Part shown: positions 14,604-29,480 of the stretch, piece by piece
Numbering within the stretch: position 1 is the first letter of the stretch
Layout: the number at the start of each line of letters is the position of its first letter
Assembly (NCBI GenBank): GCA_000004695.1
Contig: CM000152.2
Coordinates: forward strand, 5,184,001-5,248,000
DNA length: 64,000 nt
Reading direction: 5' to 3'
Source of the DNA: Dictyostelium discoideum
Lineage: Eukaryota
The notes under the pieces: generated by a model
Seen by the model: the letters and a program-made list of their open reading frames with translations, nothing else
Told to the model about the DNA's origin: nothing
Database searches by the model: none
Position numbers and translations under genes: made by a program

Positions 14604-16690
14604 ATTTTAATTCGAAACACAAACACTAAGGCCACAATCATAGTTTATTATCGGGGAAAGGAGGGGGGGGGGGGTAGTTGATTATCATCAATTTTTTATT
14701 TTTTTATTTTCATATTTTTTAAAAAATAATAAATATTTAAAAAATAAAATAAATTTAATTAAAATAAAATAAAATTTGATAATCAATAACTGAAAATATT
14801 TGTAGAAATATTGTTGATATTTTAAAAAAAAAAAAATCAAAATAAAAATCAAAATCAAAATCAAAATCATAATAAAATCTTTAATATAATAATAATAATT
14901 AATAATCAATAGCAGATAATCAACAATCAATGGATTTTACTTGTATTTATGTTTTTTGATTTTTTCAATTAGTTTTCTTTTTTTTTACCGGTACAAATGA
15001 TATATTAAAAATCAAATCATATCAAATCCAATCATATCAATATTTTAATTAAAAAAATTTACTATGGGATTAATAATTATTATTTGAATTGACTTGTTTT
15101 TTTTTTATTACCTTTTTAAATGAGATATAAAGTAAAACTTTTCAAAAATTAATTTATCTATTCACTTTTTTTTTTTTTTTTTTGTTTTTTTTTCTTTTAT
15201 AAATATTATATTAATTTTTGTTTAGCCTAATAATTTTGTGTCTATAAATAATCACATATAAAACTGATCAGAGGTATAATTTGTGATTGTATAATATTTA
15301 TGTGAGGAAAATTATATAATGTTTTAATTCCAAAAAAAAAAAAAGGAAAAATAAAAAAGAAAAAAAATAATATAAATGTGCCTCAATAATATTAATACCC
15401 AAATTTTTTTTAATTTTAAAAATGTTTTTTTTTTTAAAAAAAAAAAAAATAATAATCAAATTGATTTTTTCAGAGTTGTAAATTGTAATTCTACACTAAA
15501 ATTCTTAAATTTGGACTCATTTTGAATAAAACCCACATTAAAATTATTTTTTTAAAAAAAATTCATCCCAATAGTGAAACACACTCACAAAAACAATTGT
15601 GAATTTATTATCGATACTGGGCAGATTTACAAAAATTAAAAAAAAAATAAAAATTCTGAAAAAAAAAAATTAAAAAAAATAAATGCAATTAAAGCACACC
15701 ACAAGCAAAAAAAAAAAAAAAAAAAAACATTTTAAATAAATTTTTATTATAACCAAAACTATCAATCACTAATAAAGCACCCCACTAATCAAAAAATAAA
15801 AAATAAAAAAAAAAAAAAAAAATGACAAAACTGAATTTGGTTGGAGGAGAGTTTATTTTTTTTAAAATTGGTTTTGGGGGTAAAAGTTTAAAATTGGAAA
15901 TATTTTTTATTAAAATAGAAATTTATTTTTATTAATTAAATTTTTGTGGGGAGTTTGGTGAAAGTGCCTCTAAATTATTTAAACTATTCAATTAATTGAA
16001 AATTAAAAATAAAACAAATTTTATTTTTTTTTAATTTATTTTTATTTTTTTTAAAAAAAATTTTTTGAATTTGATTGTTATTGGGTGATTTTGATCTCAA
16101 AATAACCAATTGATGATTGGAATTTTGCTAATCTAAATTATCATCGTCTTATTTTGATCTCAGAAAAATAAATTATGATTAGAAAAATTATTTTTAAAAT
16201 CTTTTTTTTTACACACACACCACATCACCTTTAAACAAAACCCACGCAACACACACCACTCACACAATAACTAATGATTAGGTGAATTTTAATAACATTT
16301 CAAAGCTCTTTTTCTCTATTTTTATTTTTTTTATTTTTTTTATTTTTTTTTTAATAGGTGCATTCACAAAATAACATGTGGAGTTTAAAAAAAAAAATAA
16401 AAAAAAAAAAAACAATTTATTTTATTGTTTGAATTTTCTTAATCATTATTACCGAAACAAAAACTTTTAATAGCTTCCCAGTCAATCCTAAAAAAAGGAA
16501 ATTAATTCTTTTAATTTAGATTTTCAATTTTTTAAAAAAAATATAAATAGTTTAAAATTTTTTTTTTTTTATTATTAATTCAAAACATTTTTAAATAAAT
16601 AAATAAATAAATATAAATAAATATAAATATAAATATAAATATAAATAAATAAATAATTTTATTTTTAAAAAAAAATTAAATATATATATA

Positions 16691-17407
16691 ATGCCTTCAT
16701 TAACTAATAATAATAATTCAACAATTACTAGTAATAATAATTCAAATAATACTCCAACAATGATTAAACAAAATATTTTTCAACATGGTGAACAATTAGA
16801 TAAAGTCCCAGAAGGTACAAATGTTTTAATATTTCATCATCGTTTTAATCAAGTGATTAAACAAGGATATATTCCAGACACTGTCACACATATTGTATTT
16901 GGATCATTCTTTAATAGACAAATTCAATTAAATACAATTCCAAATGGTGTTAAATTCTTACAATTCGGATACTCATTTGATCAAGCTTTGATTCCAGGTT
17001 CGCTTCCAGACTCTTTACAACAATTAACATTCGGTGATATGTTTAATAAACCAATTGAAGAGAATACAATTCCATCCTCTGTTATTAAATTGGTATATGG
17101 TGAAAACTTTTATCAAGAATTAAATTCAAATTCTGTTCCATCTTCCGTAAGATTATTAAAATTGGGTTCATATAATAAACAAATTAAAGATTTAAAAAAA
17201 GGTTGTGTTGCTCAAGATAAAATCATTTCTTTGAAAATTAAAGGTCAAAGATTACCATCATCAATTGAACAATTATCTTTTGGTTGTGGTTTTAATCAAC
17301 CAATTCCAGATGATTTAATTTCTCCAAATTGTAAAATAATTTTAGTACCACAAACTTGTACTTTTAATTCTTCTTCAATTTATTCTGATAAAATTAAATT
17401 ATTTTAA
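16691..17407 (+). CDS. FNIP-repeat-containing protein, 238 aa
   Basis: Repeated FGxxFNxxI..xxIPxSVxxLxFG units typical of dictyostelid FNIP repeats. Single ORF. Its last ~9 codons fall inside duplicated segment copy 1. Confidence 0.8.
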   Translation: MPSLTNNNNSTITSNNNSNNTPTMIKQNIFQHGEQLDKVPEGTNVLIFHHRFNQVIKQGYIPDTVTHIVFGSFFNRQIQLNTIPNGVKFLQFGYSFDQALIPGSLPDSLQQLTFGDMFNKPIEENTIPSSVIKLVYGENFYQELNSNSVPSSVRLLKLGSYNKQIKDLKKGCVAQDKIISLKIKGQRLPSSIEQLSFGCGFNQPIPDDLISPNCKIILVPQTCTFNSSSIYSDKIKLF

Positions 17408-17497
17408 AAAAAAAAAAAAAAAAAACAAAAAAAAAAAAAAAAATTTAATTATTATATATATAAAAAAAACATGTACATTAGTAAACAAATTAAAATT

Positions 17498-17529
<32 letters not shown>

Positions 17530-17827
17530 TAATAAAAAAAAAAAAACTTTGTCGACAATAAAATTTTATTTTTTTTTACATCTTAAAAAAAGTTAACAAT
17601 TTTTTTTTAATTTTTTTTAATTTTTTTAATTTTTTTATTTTTTTCTTTTATTTTTCCATATTGGTAATTTTAACTGATATTAGTTTTGTTTACCTGTTAT
17701 TTGGATTTATTTTTATTTTTATTTTTTTTTATATCTTTTTTTTTCTATTTAAAATTTAAGAGTAGTATAAGGAAAGTAGCTTAAAAAAATTTTATTTCTT
17801 TTTTTTTTTCTTATTTTTTTATTTAAA

Positions 17828-17886
<59 letters not shown>

Positions 17887-18172
17887 TTATTGATAAAAAT
17901 CAAATCAAAAAAAAAAAAAAAAAAAAAAAATTATAAAAGCATAAATCATTCCACTATTATCTTTAATTGTACAATTGTTTATTGTTGTAATTTTTAATTT
18001 TTCATTTTTTATTTTATTTCTTTAACTAAAAAAAAAAAAAAAAAGAAAAAAAATAATAAAATAAAAAAAAAGAAAAAAAAAAATGGATAAAGTTTTATCA
18101 CATTTAACAAGTGGTCATATTTTAATTAATTGGTATTGTTAATATTGGTGTACTTAAAACAGCAGTATCGAT
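17379..18172 (+). repeat. Segmental duplication copy 1 (~0.8 kb). Contents: FNIP 3' end, intergenic region, and a degenerate RhoGEF start (MDKVLSHLTSGHILINWYC*).
   Basis: Aligns colinearly with 20348..21201 at roughly 85% identity, with indels mostly in A/T runs. Conserved blocks include catgtacattagtaaacaaattaaaattgtatttatata, ggtaattttaactgatattagttttgtttac and agtagtataaggaaagtagct. Contains a T(62) homopolymer at 17823-17884. Confidence 0.85.
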
Positions 18173-18408
18173 TTTATGAGAATTAGTTTCTTAATTATTC
18201 AAAAAAAAAAAAATTAAATCGAAAAACTATACATATATGGAATTATGAGTTGTGTTGTTTATCAAATTATTTGAAAAAAAAAAATATTTAAGTTTTTTTT
18301 TTTTTTTTTTTAATTTAAAAATATATCATTTAATATAAAAAATTCATTTATTTTACAAAATATATCAACTCGTTTTCTTTTTTATTTATTTGTATAAGAA
18401 AAAAAAAA

Positions 18409-19061
18409 TGGGAAACGTTATTTCATTTGAATTTATTGATAATAATATGCAACCATTAGTATATGATAAATTTGAAAATAGCGGAGAAAGGTAGAAAGTA
18501 ATAAAAAAGATTGTTACTTGGTAATTATTTATAAATGAAAAAAAAATTATATTTGTTTTTTATGTGTATTAATATTTATTTTTTTATTTATATTTATAGG
18601 TATTATATGAAGGTAATACTAGTAATGAAAAGGGTAATTACCACACAAGTGTAGTTACTGATGTTTATGGTCAATCTACTTCAAAGACAATTAATGGTTT
18701 AGTTGGTGTTGAAACTCATCTTGTTTATTTAGAAGACAAACAAAATTTAGGATTACAAAATAGATTTTACATACCAAGCAACCATTATCAACAAAAGGTA
18801 TTTTTTTTAGGAAAGTCAAACCAAATTCCAGATCGTGTAAATCTTGTAAATGCTTTATTTACCAATATGCATTCAGATTATTATGATACTGTTAAGATTC
18901 AAAAGTGGTCTGCAAATAACAATTGCCAAACTTACTCTAAATACATTATCGATAGATTAGGTTTAACATGGCCAGAAGAACTTCAATTTTTACCATTAGA
19001 AAGAGGAAATGTTTTACAATTAGTTGAATTATACAATGACATTAAAAACTCAACTCATTAA
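18409..19061 (+). CDS. Hypothetical protein with an N-myristoylation consensus (MGNVISF...). Two exons; approximate CDS join(18409..~18490, ~18630..19061). The exon-1/2 junction is uncertain.
   Basis: Exon 1 reads MGNVISFEFIDNNMQPLVYDKFENSGE and then hits a stop unless spliced at AG|GTAGAA. A long open frame runs 18599-19061 (...YHTSVVTDVYGQ...NNCQTYSKYIIDRLGLTWPEELQFLPLERG...NSTH*). Weak resemblance to the LRAT/NlpC-P60 H..H..C arrangement, not established. Confidence 0.45.
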
Positions 19062-19576
19062 ATGGTATAATAATGTACATTCTTCAAACAGCTCTATATA
19101 TAAAAATTTATAAATTTCATCATTTCATGTATTTCATCAATCAACAACACTCTTTATAAAAATTTCATTTTTTTCATCAATCAACAAACTACTCTTTACA
19201 ACCAGTTAGAATTTACCAAGTAAAATATTAATAAATTGTTTAGTAGTTTAAAAAAAAAATTAATAGTAAATAAAGTTTAATTGTTTTGGATTTTATTTTA
19301 AATTTTATTTTTATTTTTGTTGATGGTAATAAATCAAATTTTTCTTTAACCAATTTTTTTTAAATTAATTAATTGTTATTATTTTTTTATTATTTATTAG
19401 TTTTTTAAATATGTACATAAAAGTTTAAACCAATATGGTTTTTTTTTTTTTTTTTATATTATCTTTTTTTTTTGTTTTTGTTTTTTTTTTTTTTTTTTTT
19501 TATTCTTTATGACAAGTGATTAATGATTTATAAATAGTATTGATTGATATTTAAACAAGTTTTGAAATATATTATA

Positions 19577-20345
19577 TTAAGAAAAAAGAGTTGAAGTTGT
19601 TGTTGTACTAGTTGTTGTGTTTGTTGTATTATTATTATTTTCAGTTTGATTATTTGTATTAAAATTATTTGTAGTAATATTTGAATCGGAACATTCAGTG
19701 ATTTTAATTGTTTCTTGTGGTCTATTTAGTGGTTTTAAATCGGCATAACTATTGCTACGGAATGAATCACCTTTTGAATTAATTCTAAATAGTTCACCAC
19801 GACTATTTACTCTATCCAACATTGGTGGACGTTTTTCATTGATTAAATCCATCTTATGAGCTTGAGCAAAATCACCAAGAGCCTTCTTGAGAGCATCTTT
19901 ACCTTCGGTCAATAAACCTTGAGTAATTTTTCTAGATGCTGAAAAACTTTTAATCATCATGATGGTTTCGTGTTCTTGTCTCAACAAAGAGAACATTCTC
20001 ATCTTACTAACAGATTTAACATTTGCACGTAATAATTGTCTTTTCTTTTCATCTTCTTCTTTGTTGATAATATCTTTGTGTTCATTCTTTTCAGCCTCTT
20101 CATCATCACAAAGATTCAACAATACCAATAACATTTCAGCAACCTTTTCAGAGATAAATGGCATGGACCAATTAAATACATCCATGAAATTTGGCAACCA
20201 ATAAGGATGTGGTGAACATGTGAATTGATGAATATTGAGAATAAACATTGTTTTCATAACGTAAAACTGCACCCTTGTTATTGTATGCGTCTAAATAATT
20301 TGGTGGTGCGGAAAACAATGTGATAACTGATGGAAATCTGGTTGC
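19577..20345 (-). pseudogene. canA: Calcineurin A (PP2B catalytic subunit) 3' fragment. Covers the end of the catalytic domain, the CnB- and calmodulin-binding regions and the autoinhibitory region. Truncated at the repeat boundary and carries a +1 frameshift.
   Basis: Minus-strand frame A reads [32 protein letters not shown] (cf. human [31 protein letters not shown]). After one extra nucleotide the reading frame continues in a different frame as [43 protein letters not shown], then the calmodulin-binding-like [25 protein letters not shown] and the AI-like [18 protein letters not shown] sits immediately 5' at the junction with repeat copy 2. No phosphatase N-terminal exons occur anywhere else in the window. 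Confidence 0.7.
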
Positions 20346-20368
20346 ATTTTATTCTGATAAAATTAAAT

Positions 20369-20408
<40 letters not shown>

Positions 20409-20687
20409 TATTATATATAAAAAAAAAAAAAAAACATGTACATTAGTAAACAAATTAAAATTGTATTTATATAAAAAAAATAAAAAAAAAAAACAAAAAA
20501 GTAATAAAAAAAAAAGCTTTGCCGACAATAATATAACAAATAAAATTATTTTTTTTTTTTGACATCTTTAAAAAATATTTTATAATTTTTTTTTTTTTTT
20601 TATTATTTTTTATTTTTTTTACTTTTATTTTTCCACATTGGTAATTTTAACTAATATTAGTTTTGTTTACAACACTGTTTTTGGATT

Positions 20688-20733
<46 letters not shown>

Positions 20734-21114
20734 TACCATTTTTTTTTTTTTTTTTTTTTTCTATTTAAAAATTAAGGGTAGTAGTATAAGGAAAGTAGCT
20801 AAAAAGAATTTTATTTCTTTTTTTTTATTTGAAAACAGTTTTTTGTTTTTTTATTTTTTTTTTTTTATTTTTTATTTTTTTTTTTTTATTTTTGTTTTTT
20901 TATTTTGAAATTTTTTTTTTTTTTTGTTACCAATCAAAAAAAAAAAAAAAAAATCAAAAAAAAACCATAATTCATTCCACCATTACCTTTATTTGTACAA
21001 TTGTTTATTGTTGTAATTTTTTATTTTAATTTTTTATTTTATTATTTCTTTAACTAAAAAAAAAAAAAAAAAAAAAAAAAGAAAAAAAAGAAAAGAAAGA
21101 AAATAAAGAAAAAA

Positions 21115-23257
<2,143 letters not shown>

Positions 23258-24874
23258 ATTTATAATAATAAAAAATAAAAAAATAAAAAAATTAAAATAT
23301 TTAAAATAAAATAAAAAATGCCATAAAATATAATAATAACCAAGACAATTTTCAATCATAAGTAATTTGCATCAATTTAAAAAAAGATCTTTTATCTTTT
23401 TTTTTGTTTTTTGTTTCACACAATTAATTTCACCACTTAAAACCTTATAATTCAAAAATAATCTTATTTAATTTTTAAATCTAAACAATATTTTTGGTTA
23501 AGAACAAAAAAAAAAATTAATTAAAAACCAATATAAAAAATAGTTTTATTTTGTTTAATTTTAAAAAAAAAAAAATTAAAATATATTTATATATTTTTTT
23601 AAATATTTCGACTTTGTAAAAATATTAATTTTACAAATTTTTAACAGTTGCAATTTACTAATTATTTGTTTCTACTTGAATTTTCTTCTTCATTTATTTT
23701 TTTTGGGTATAATTTTTCGGTTAAAAGATAATTTCTAATTTCATTTATTTCTTCATTTGTTAAATGAAAATAAAAATTATCACTTATAAAAAAACTGGAT
23801 TTCTTTGATTTATTTTCGTTTTCAAAAACCATTTTTGATTTATTTATTATTTTTATTTGATTTTTTTTTTTTTATTTTATTATATTTTTTTTAAATATTT
23901 TTTAATTTGTATTTTTACAACATTAGGTGAAGAGGATTTAATTGTTTAAAAAAAAAAAAAAAAAAAAAAAATTAAATGATTTATAAGAAAAAAAAAAATA
24001 AAATAAAAATAAAATTAATTTAAATGATTTATATGAAAAAAAGATATAAAAAATCAATAGAAATTTTATTTATTTTAAAAAGATTATTGTATTGGGAGGT
24101 GGGGTTGAAAAATAGTGTGAAGAAAATCAAATATAGAAGTTGCAGTATTATTTGTACCAATAATTTTTAAAGTGTATAGGTGGTTATCGGATAAAATCGA
24201 TTACAATAAGCATTCAGTTGAAAAAAAAAAAAAAAAAAAAAAATCTAATTATATTTGATTTTTTTTATGTATAAAAAATAAAAAGGAACATTTCAACATA
24301 AATTATTTGAATTTTTCTTTTTTTATTACTGTAAAGAAAAAGTGTGAAATTTATTGAAAATAAAAAAAAAAGATATAACCCCTTTTTTTTTATTATGTTA
24401 AAATCTGAAACATATTTTCACTTAAATTATAATAAAATTTCCTTCAACGTTGACACATCGGTATGATTCATAAAGATTAAATTTATTTTTGGGTACTTTC
24501 AAAGTAATCTCTTTTTTTTTTTCCAATCTTGATTTTTTTTTTAAAATCTTTGGGGTTTTTTTTTTTTTTTTTTTTTTTTTTGGAAATAAAAATGTTAAAA
24601 AAACCATTGCCTGTATAAAAAAAAAAAGTATATATATAAAATAAGTTATGTAAATATTTGTATCAATCTTTTTGTTTTTTTTTTTTTGTTTTTTTTAATA
24701 TCTTTTTTTTTTTATTTTTTTTTTTAAAAATTTTGTATTATGGGGGGTATTATGTGGTTAATTATTAATAATAAAAATATTATTATCATTATTATTATTA
24801 TTAACTATATATAATTATTTATATTAATAATAATAATTTTAATATAAAATATATAAAGGAAAAAAAAGGATTGG

Positions 24875-25925
24875 TTAGCTTTTTCCTAAAGGATTTTGAG
24901 AGAACCCAAATTGTTGAAATTGTTGGAGATATTGTTGATGTTGTAATTGATGAAGATATTGTTGAATTTGTTGTGGTGATTGTAAGTTGTTTAATTGTTG
25001 TTGTTGTTGGTTTGAAATTGTGTTGTTACTGTTGTTGTTATTGTTGTTGTTGTTGACATTTAAGCTATTTAATGGAGAATTTATTGAATTTGGAGACGAG
25101 TGTTGTTTAATGAAATCAAAACTATCACCAAGTGAATCACTATGATGAATTCCAATACCATTGCCACTTTCATTTAATGATGATTGTAAACTACTATTAT
25201 TACTATCTTTTCCATTTCCGAATTGTTCTTCTTTTTGTAATCTATTAAAGTGAGGTTTATAATCTAATTTTTCAATTTTGAATAACTGTTTTAAACTTAT
25301 TCTATAAATAAATAAATGGTTTGTTAGTTAATCAATTATTTTTAAAATTTTTATTTTAAAAAAACCAAAACTATAAGTTTAAACCTTACAATAATCTATC
25401 AGTATCTTCACTATTCTTATTCCAAATACCAATTAAATTATTATCATTAGATCTAAATGAGATAACGATACCATTTATATTTTCAACACCATCTACTTGT
25501 TCTCCAATGAATGCTAATAACTAAATAAAAAAAAAAAAAGGTTAAAAGGTTATGTTAGTATGAAAATGATTTTTAATTAATAAAATTGAGATGATGATGA
25601 TGAATTATAACTTACTAAATCTTCCCACCATTTTGAAGTATAATTTCTTCTGGTTTTTACAACAAATTTACCTCCATCTTTGTTTTCTGTATCCTCCCAA
25701 ATTGGTTTGATCCCTTCTCTAAAAAAATAAATATCACTTAATTGAGAAAATTCATCAACTGGTCTAATCATGTGGCTGTAATAACTCCAAAAATCTTCAA
25801 CCTAAGATTCCAATAATAAAAAAAATAATAAAATAAAATAAATTAGTAAAGTGATGATCATTTGTTTTATTTTTTCTAATTAAAAAAAAAAAAAAAAACA
25901 AATAAAAGAGGAAAAGAGAGAGAGA

Positions 25926-25987
<62 letters not shown>

Positions 25988-26138
25988 GACATGAAAAATT
26001 AAAAAAAAAAAAATTAAGTGAACTTACAGTTTTAATTGGACCGGATATACATTGAAGGCCAGCTAAATAATCATTCATAGTCTTGGGTCTTTTTGGCATA
26101 TAATAAAAATAATAAGTACTTGATAATTGATGCACCAT
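24875..26138 (-). CDS. eIF4E-family cap-binding protein (divergent; Tyr at the conserved Trp positions, long Q/N-rich C-terminal extension). CDS = complement(join(24875..25301,25389..25519,25616..25801,26031..26138)).
   Basis: Exon 1: MVHQLSSTYYFYYMPKRPKTMNDYLAGLQCISGPIKT. Exon 2: VEDFWSYYSHMIRPVDEFSQLSDIYFFREGIKPIWEDTENKDGGKFVVKTRRNYTSKWWEDL (cf. TVEDFWALYNHIQ...DGIEPMWEDEKNKRGGRW). Exon 3: LLAFIGEQVDGVENINGIVISFRSNDNNLIGIWNKNSEDTDRL. All donors are GTAAGT/GTAAGG and all acceptors TAG. Intron 1 holds an A(61) run. Confidence 0.75.
25928..25985. repeat. Poly(A) of ~58-60 nt (poly-T on the coding strand of eIF4E intron 1)
   Basis: Seen directly. Confidence 0.95.
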
Positions 26139-26686
26139 TCTTTTCTTTTCTTCTTTTTTTTTTTTTTTTTTTCTTTTCTTTTTATATAGGGTGTATGTTT
26201 ACAAGGTTTTTATTTGGTGTTTGTGTGTGTTTTATATACAAGTTGTATTTAATATAAATAATTGAATAAAAGAGTAACTCTTATATCTCTCTCTTTGTTT
26301 CAATAAATATAAAAAATAATTTTAATGTGTGTTTTTAGTTGGTAATGTGTGTGATTGAAAATGAATAAAAAAAAAAAAAAAAATAAAAAAATAAAAAAAT
26401 GAAAAAAAAAAAAAAATGAAAAAAAAAAAAATTAAAAGTTTTTTTTTTTTTTAAAATTTTTTTTTTTCTAAAAATAACAACTTTCCAACTTGTTTTGAAC
26501 ATAATAAATAATAGAGAAAAAATAAAAAAAAAAAAAAATTTGAAAAATAAAGGGCAGATATGGATTCTTTTTTTTGTTCTAGATTTAAAAAAATAAATAT
26601 ATACTTTTGTTTTTTTTATAATTTTTTTATTTTAGTTTATTTTTTTTTTATTTTTTTTTTTATTTTTTTAACTTTTATTTTTTTTT

Positions 26687-28340
26687 TTAATAACAGGTTG
26701 GTAAATAAGGACAACAAGAACCAACCGAACCTTTACAACGTAATTTTTGATTATCCATTTCAATATATTTACATCTTGAATTTGGAGAAGTTAATGATTG
26801 GCAATTTAAATCAGAACAAGATAAACAACCACTATCGAAATGAACACATTTTGGAGCAAGAGTTATTTTCTCTTCTATGCAAATTTCATTTGGATGATCG
26901 CATTTAAAATATTCACAATTTGAGAGAGTTTTGTTTACACATTTATTATTTTCACAGATTGGAATTGTTGTATGATTTGTAATTGGATCCAAATATTTGT
27001 TTGGGCAAAGTAAATGATCACAAAATCCTGTTTGGAAATTACAAGAATCGATAGTACACCCATTACCATCATCACAATTATTTATGGAACATTCAATTGG
27101 TAAACAAATTGTCAAGTTTTTAGTGTTATTATAATTTTCAATGCAAATAGTATCATTTGGACAAGTCATCAATTCACAAGGTGATTTAACACGTGTTTGG
27201 CATTTTCCATTTACACATTTAATTTCAGTTTTACCAGATTTATCTAAATTTGGACAAACCGTATGTTTACATCCACTTGTTATTGAACATTCATCAACGG
27301 TACATTCATCATTATCATCACAGTCAATTGGTTCTAAAATACAAGTTGGATCGTCATTGGAACCACTACCGCTTGAGACACTACCATCAATTGATAATGG
27401 TGGTGAATCAGTTGATGATAGTGTTTGATTATTTGAACATTTAACAATTGAACAAAATGGATCAGTATTATTAAAGTTTCCACAATCGTTAACGTAAATA
27501 CATTGAGAACATTTTGTATGGGCACTTGCACAACCTTTGGTTGCACCATAGATACAACCACATGTATCACCATTACCATTACAAATTGAACATATATCGG
27601 TATTATTACAAAAACATTGATCAAATGAATTACGAAAATTAATTTGAAGTACACCTTTAAAACCAGTACGCATAATAACGAAAATATCAATTTTAAATAT
27701 TTTACCATCATCAGTATCTTCAGGTGCCCATTGATAATAGTATAAACCACTCTCACCACCTAAAACAATTAATTCACCAATTTGTTTTTGATTATTTATA
27801 AAAAAAAAAGTTTCATAATTTGTAGCGATATTTAATATACTTGGACGATTTAATTGTCTTTTAACACGAAGATAAAAATTTAAAGAGAAAGTAGAATGAT
27901 GGAAATAGGGTAATTGATTATCTTGAGTTCCGATATCGTATGGATAAACGTCGTTTGTTGGTTTAAATGCAACACCTTGTAAAGCATTCTTTGTAATCCA
28001 TATACTACCATTTAATGGATAATTCACACATGGACTTGAATGAAACCAATCATAAAATGTTGATGAATTATGTGCCAATGTAAATTGTTTACCAGTTTCC
28101 TTATTTGTAACAATGAATGGTTCATTACCATTTTTATAAACTGGTCTACCATCTGCTCCCAATCTATCTTCAACCATATCAACTGATTGGTCTAAATAAA
28201 ATCCTGACTCTTCAAATCCTGGATTCTCTGGAAAATCAACAAATCCATTCTTTGTAAATCCATAAATTGTTCCATTCAGTGTTGAAACTTGAGTATCATA
28301 ATAAAATCCACTACTAGATTTAATACCTTTTTTTAATATA

Positions 28341-28371
<31 letters not shown>

Positions 28372-28545
28372 ACAAATAAATTTTAAATTAATAATTAATT
28401 TTTTTTTTCTTTTTTGAAAATTAAAGAAAGAATATTACCAAATGGATAATTGTTAAAAAATTGTTTAACATCATTTTGATCCCAAGTTTTTACAATTTGA
28501 TTATTGATTAATAAAATAAAAATAATTAAAACTATGGCCTTCATG
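26687..28545 (-). CDS. Secreted PA14-domain protein with Cys-rich EGF-like repeats (psiA-like family). Proposed CDS = complement(join(26687..28326,28494..28545)).
   Basis: Exon 1 MKAIVLIIFILLINNSN is a signal peptide. The direct read-through hits TGA, so a GTAAAA donor at 28493 and an AG acceptor at 28327 are proposed. Exon 2 has GFYYDTQVSTLNGTIYGFTKNGFVDFPENPGFEESGFYLDQSVDMVEDRLGADGRPV (PA14-like), followed by ~250 aa of CxxC-rich repeats. Confidence 0.55.
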
Positions 28546-28643
28546 AATATATTTATATTTAATTTTAATTATTTAATTTTAATTTAAAATTATTCTTTTA
28601 TACTTTTTGTAATTATAAATAACTAATTTAAATTTTTCTTTGT

Positions 28644-28678
<35 letters not shown>

Positions 28679-28683
28679 GTTTT

Positions 28684-28716
<33 letters not shown>

Positions 28717-29480
28717 TGTACTCATATATGTATTTTTTTTTTTTTTTTAATTATTTAATTATTTATTTACACACAAATACTCAAAGTTTGACCCCATTTC
28801 TATTTTTAATTATTTATCTCACCCATAAAAAAAAAAAAAAAATTCTTATTCTACAAAATTGATTTTTTTTATTATTTGTTTTTTTTTTTTTTTTTTTTTT
28901 TTATACACACACGAGTGTAGTATTATTGTATTCTTTTTCTTCACCATTTTTTTTTTTTTCATTCCCACATTCATTGCTTTAAATGACAACATGATGATAT
29001 CATAAATAAAAAATGAAATTATTTTTTTTTTTTATATTATTAAAATTAATAAAACTGTTATTTAAAATTTCCCCAAATTAAATATTATTATTATTTTTAT
29101 TATTATTATTTTATTTTAATATATTTTTTTTAATTTTTTTTTAAGATATTTTTTGGAATTTTTTTTTTTTTTATTTATAAATATTCTTTTCTTTGAATTC
29201 TGATCCGTTTTTTTTTTTCTTTTTTTGATTTTTCGTGCATGGCCATGATCAGAGAAAAAAAAAAAATAAAAAAAAAAATAAAATAAAAAATAAAAAAAAA
29301 AAAAAAAAAAGATATTTTGTTGTGATCAAAAAAAAAATCAAAAAAAATAACCAAAAATTCATTTTTTTTTTTTTTTTTTTTTTCTCTCCAAACCACAAAA
29401 AAAAAATAAAAAAAAATTTTCTTTTTTTTTTTTTTATTTTTTTCTCTTCTTTCTTTTAACACAACCGACAACAATCCAAA

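Noticed and set aside
18083-18142. ATG GAT AAA GTT TTA TCA... apparent gene start (MDKVLSHLTSGHILINWYC*)
   Set aside because: It is the decayed duplicate of the RhoGEF 5' end inside repeat copy 1. It terminates after 19 codons with no convincing donor, so it is not called as a gene.
24871-25056. 61-aa + strand ORF
   Set aside because: Antisense to the Q/N-rich last exon of the eIF4E-family gene.
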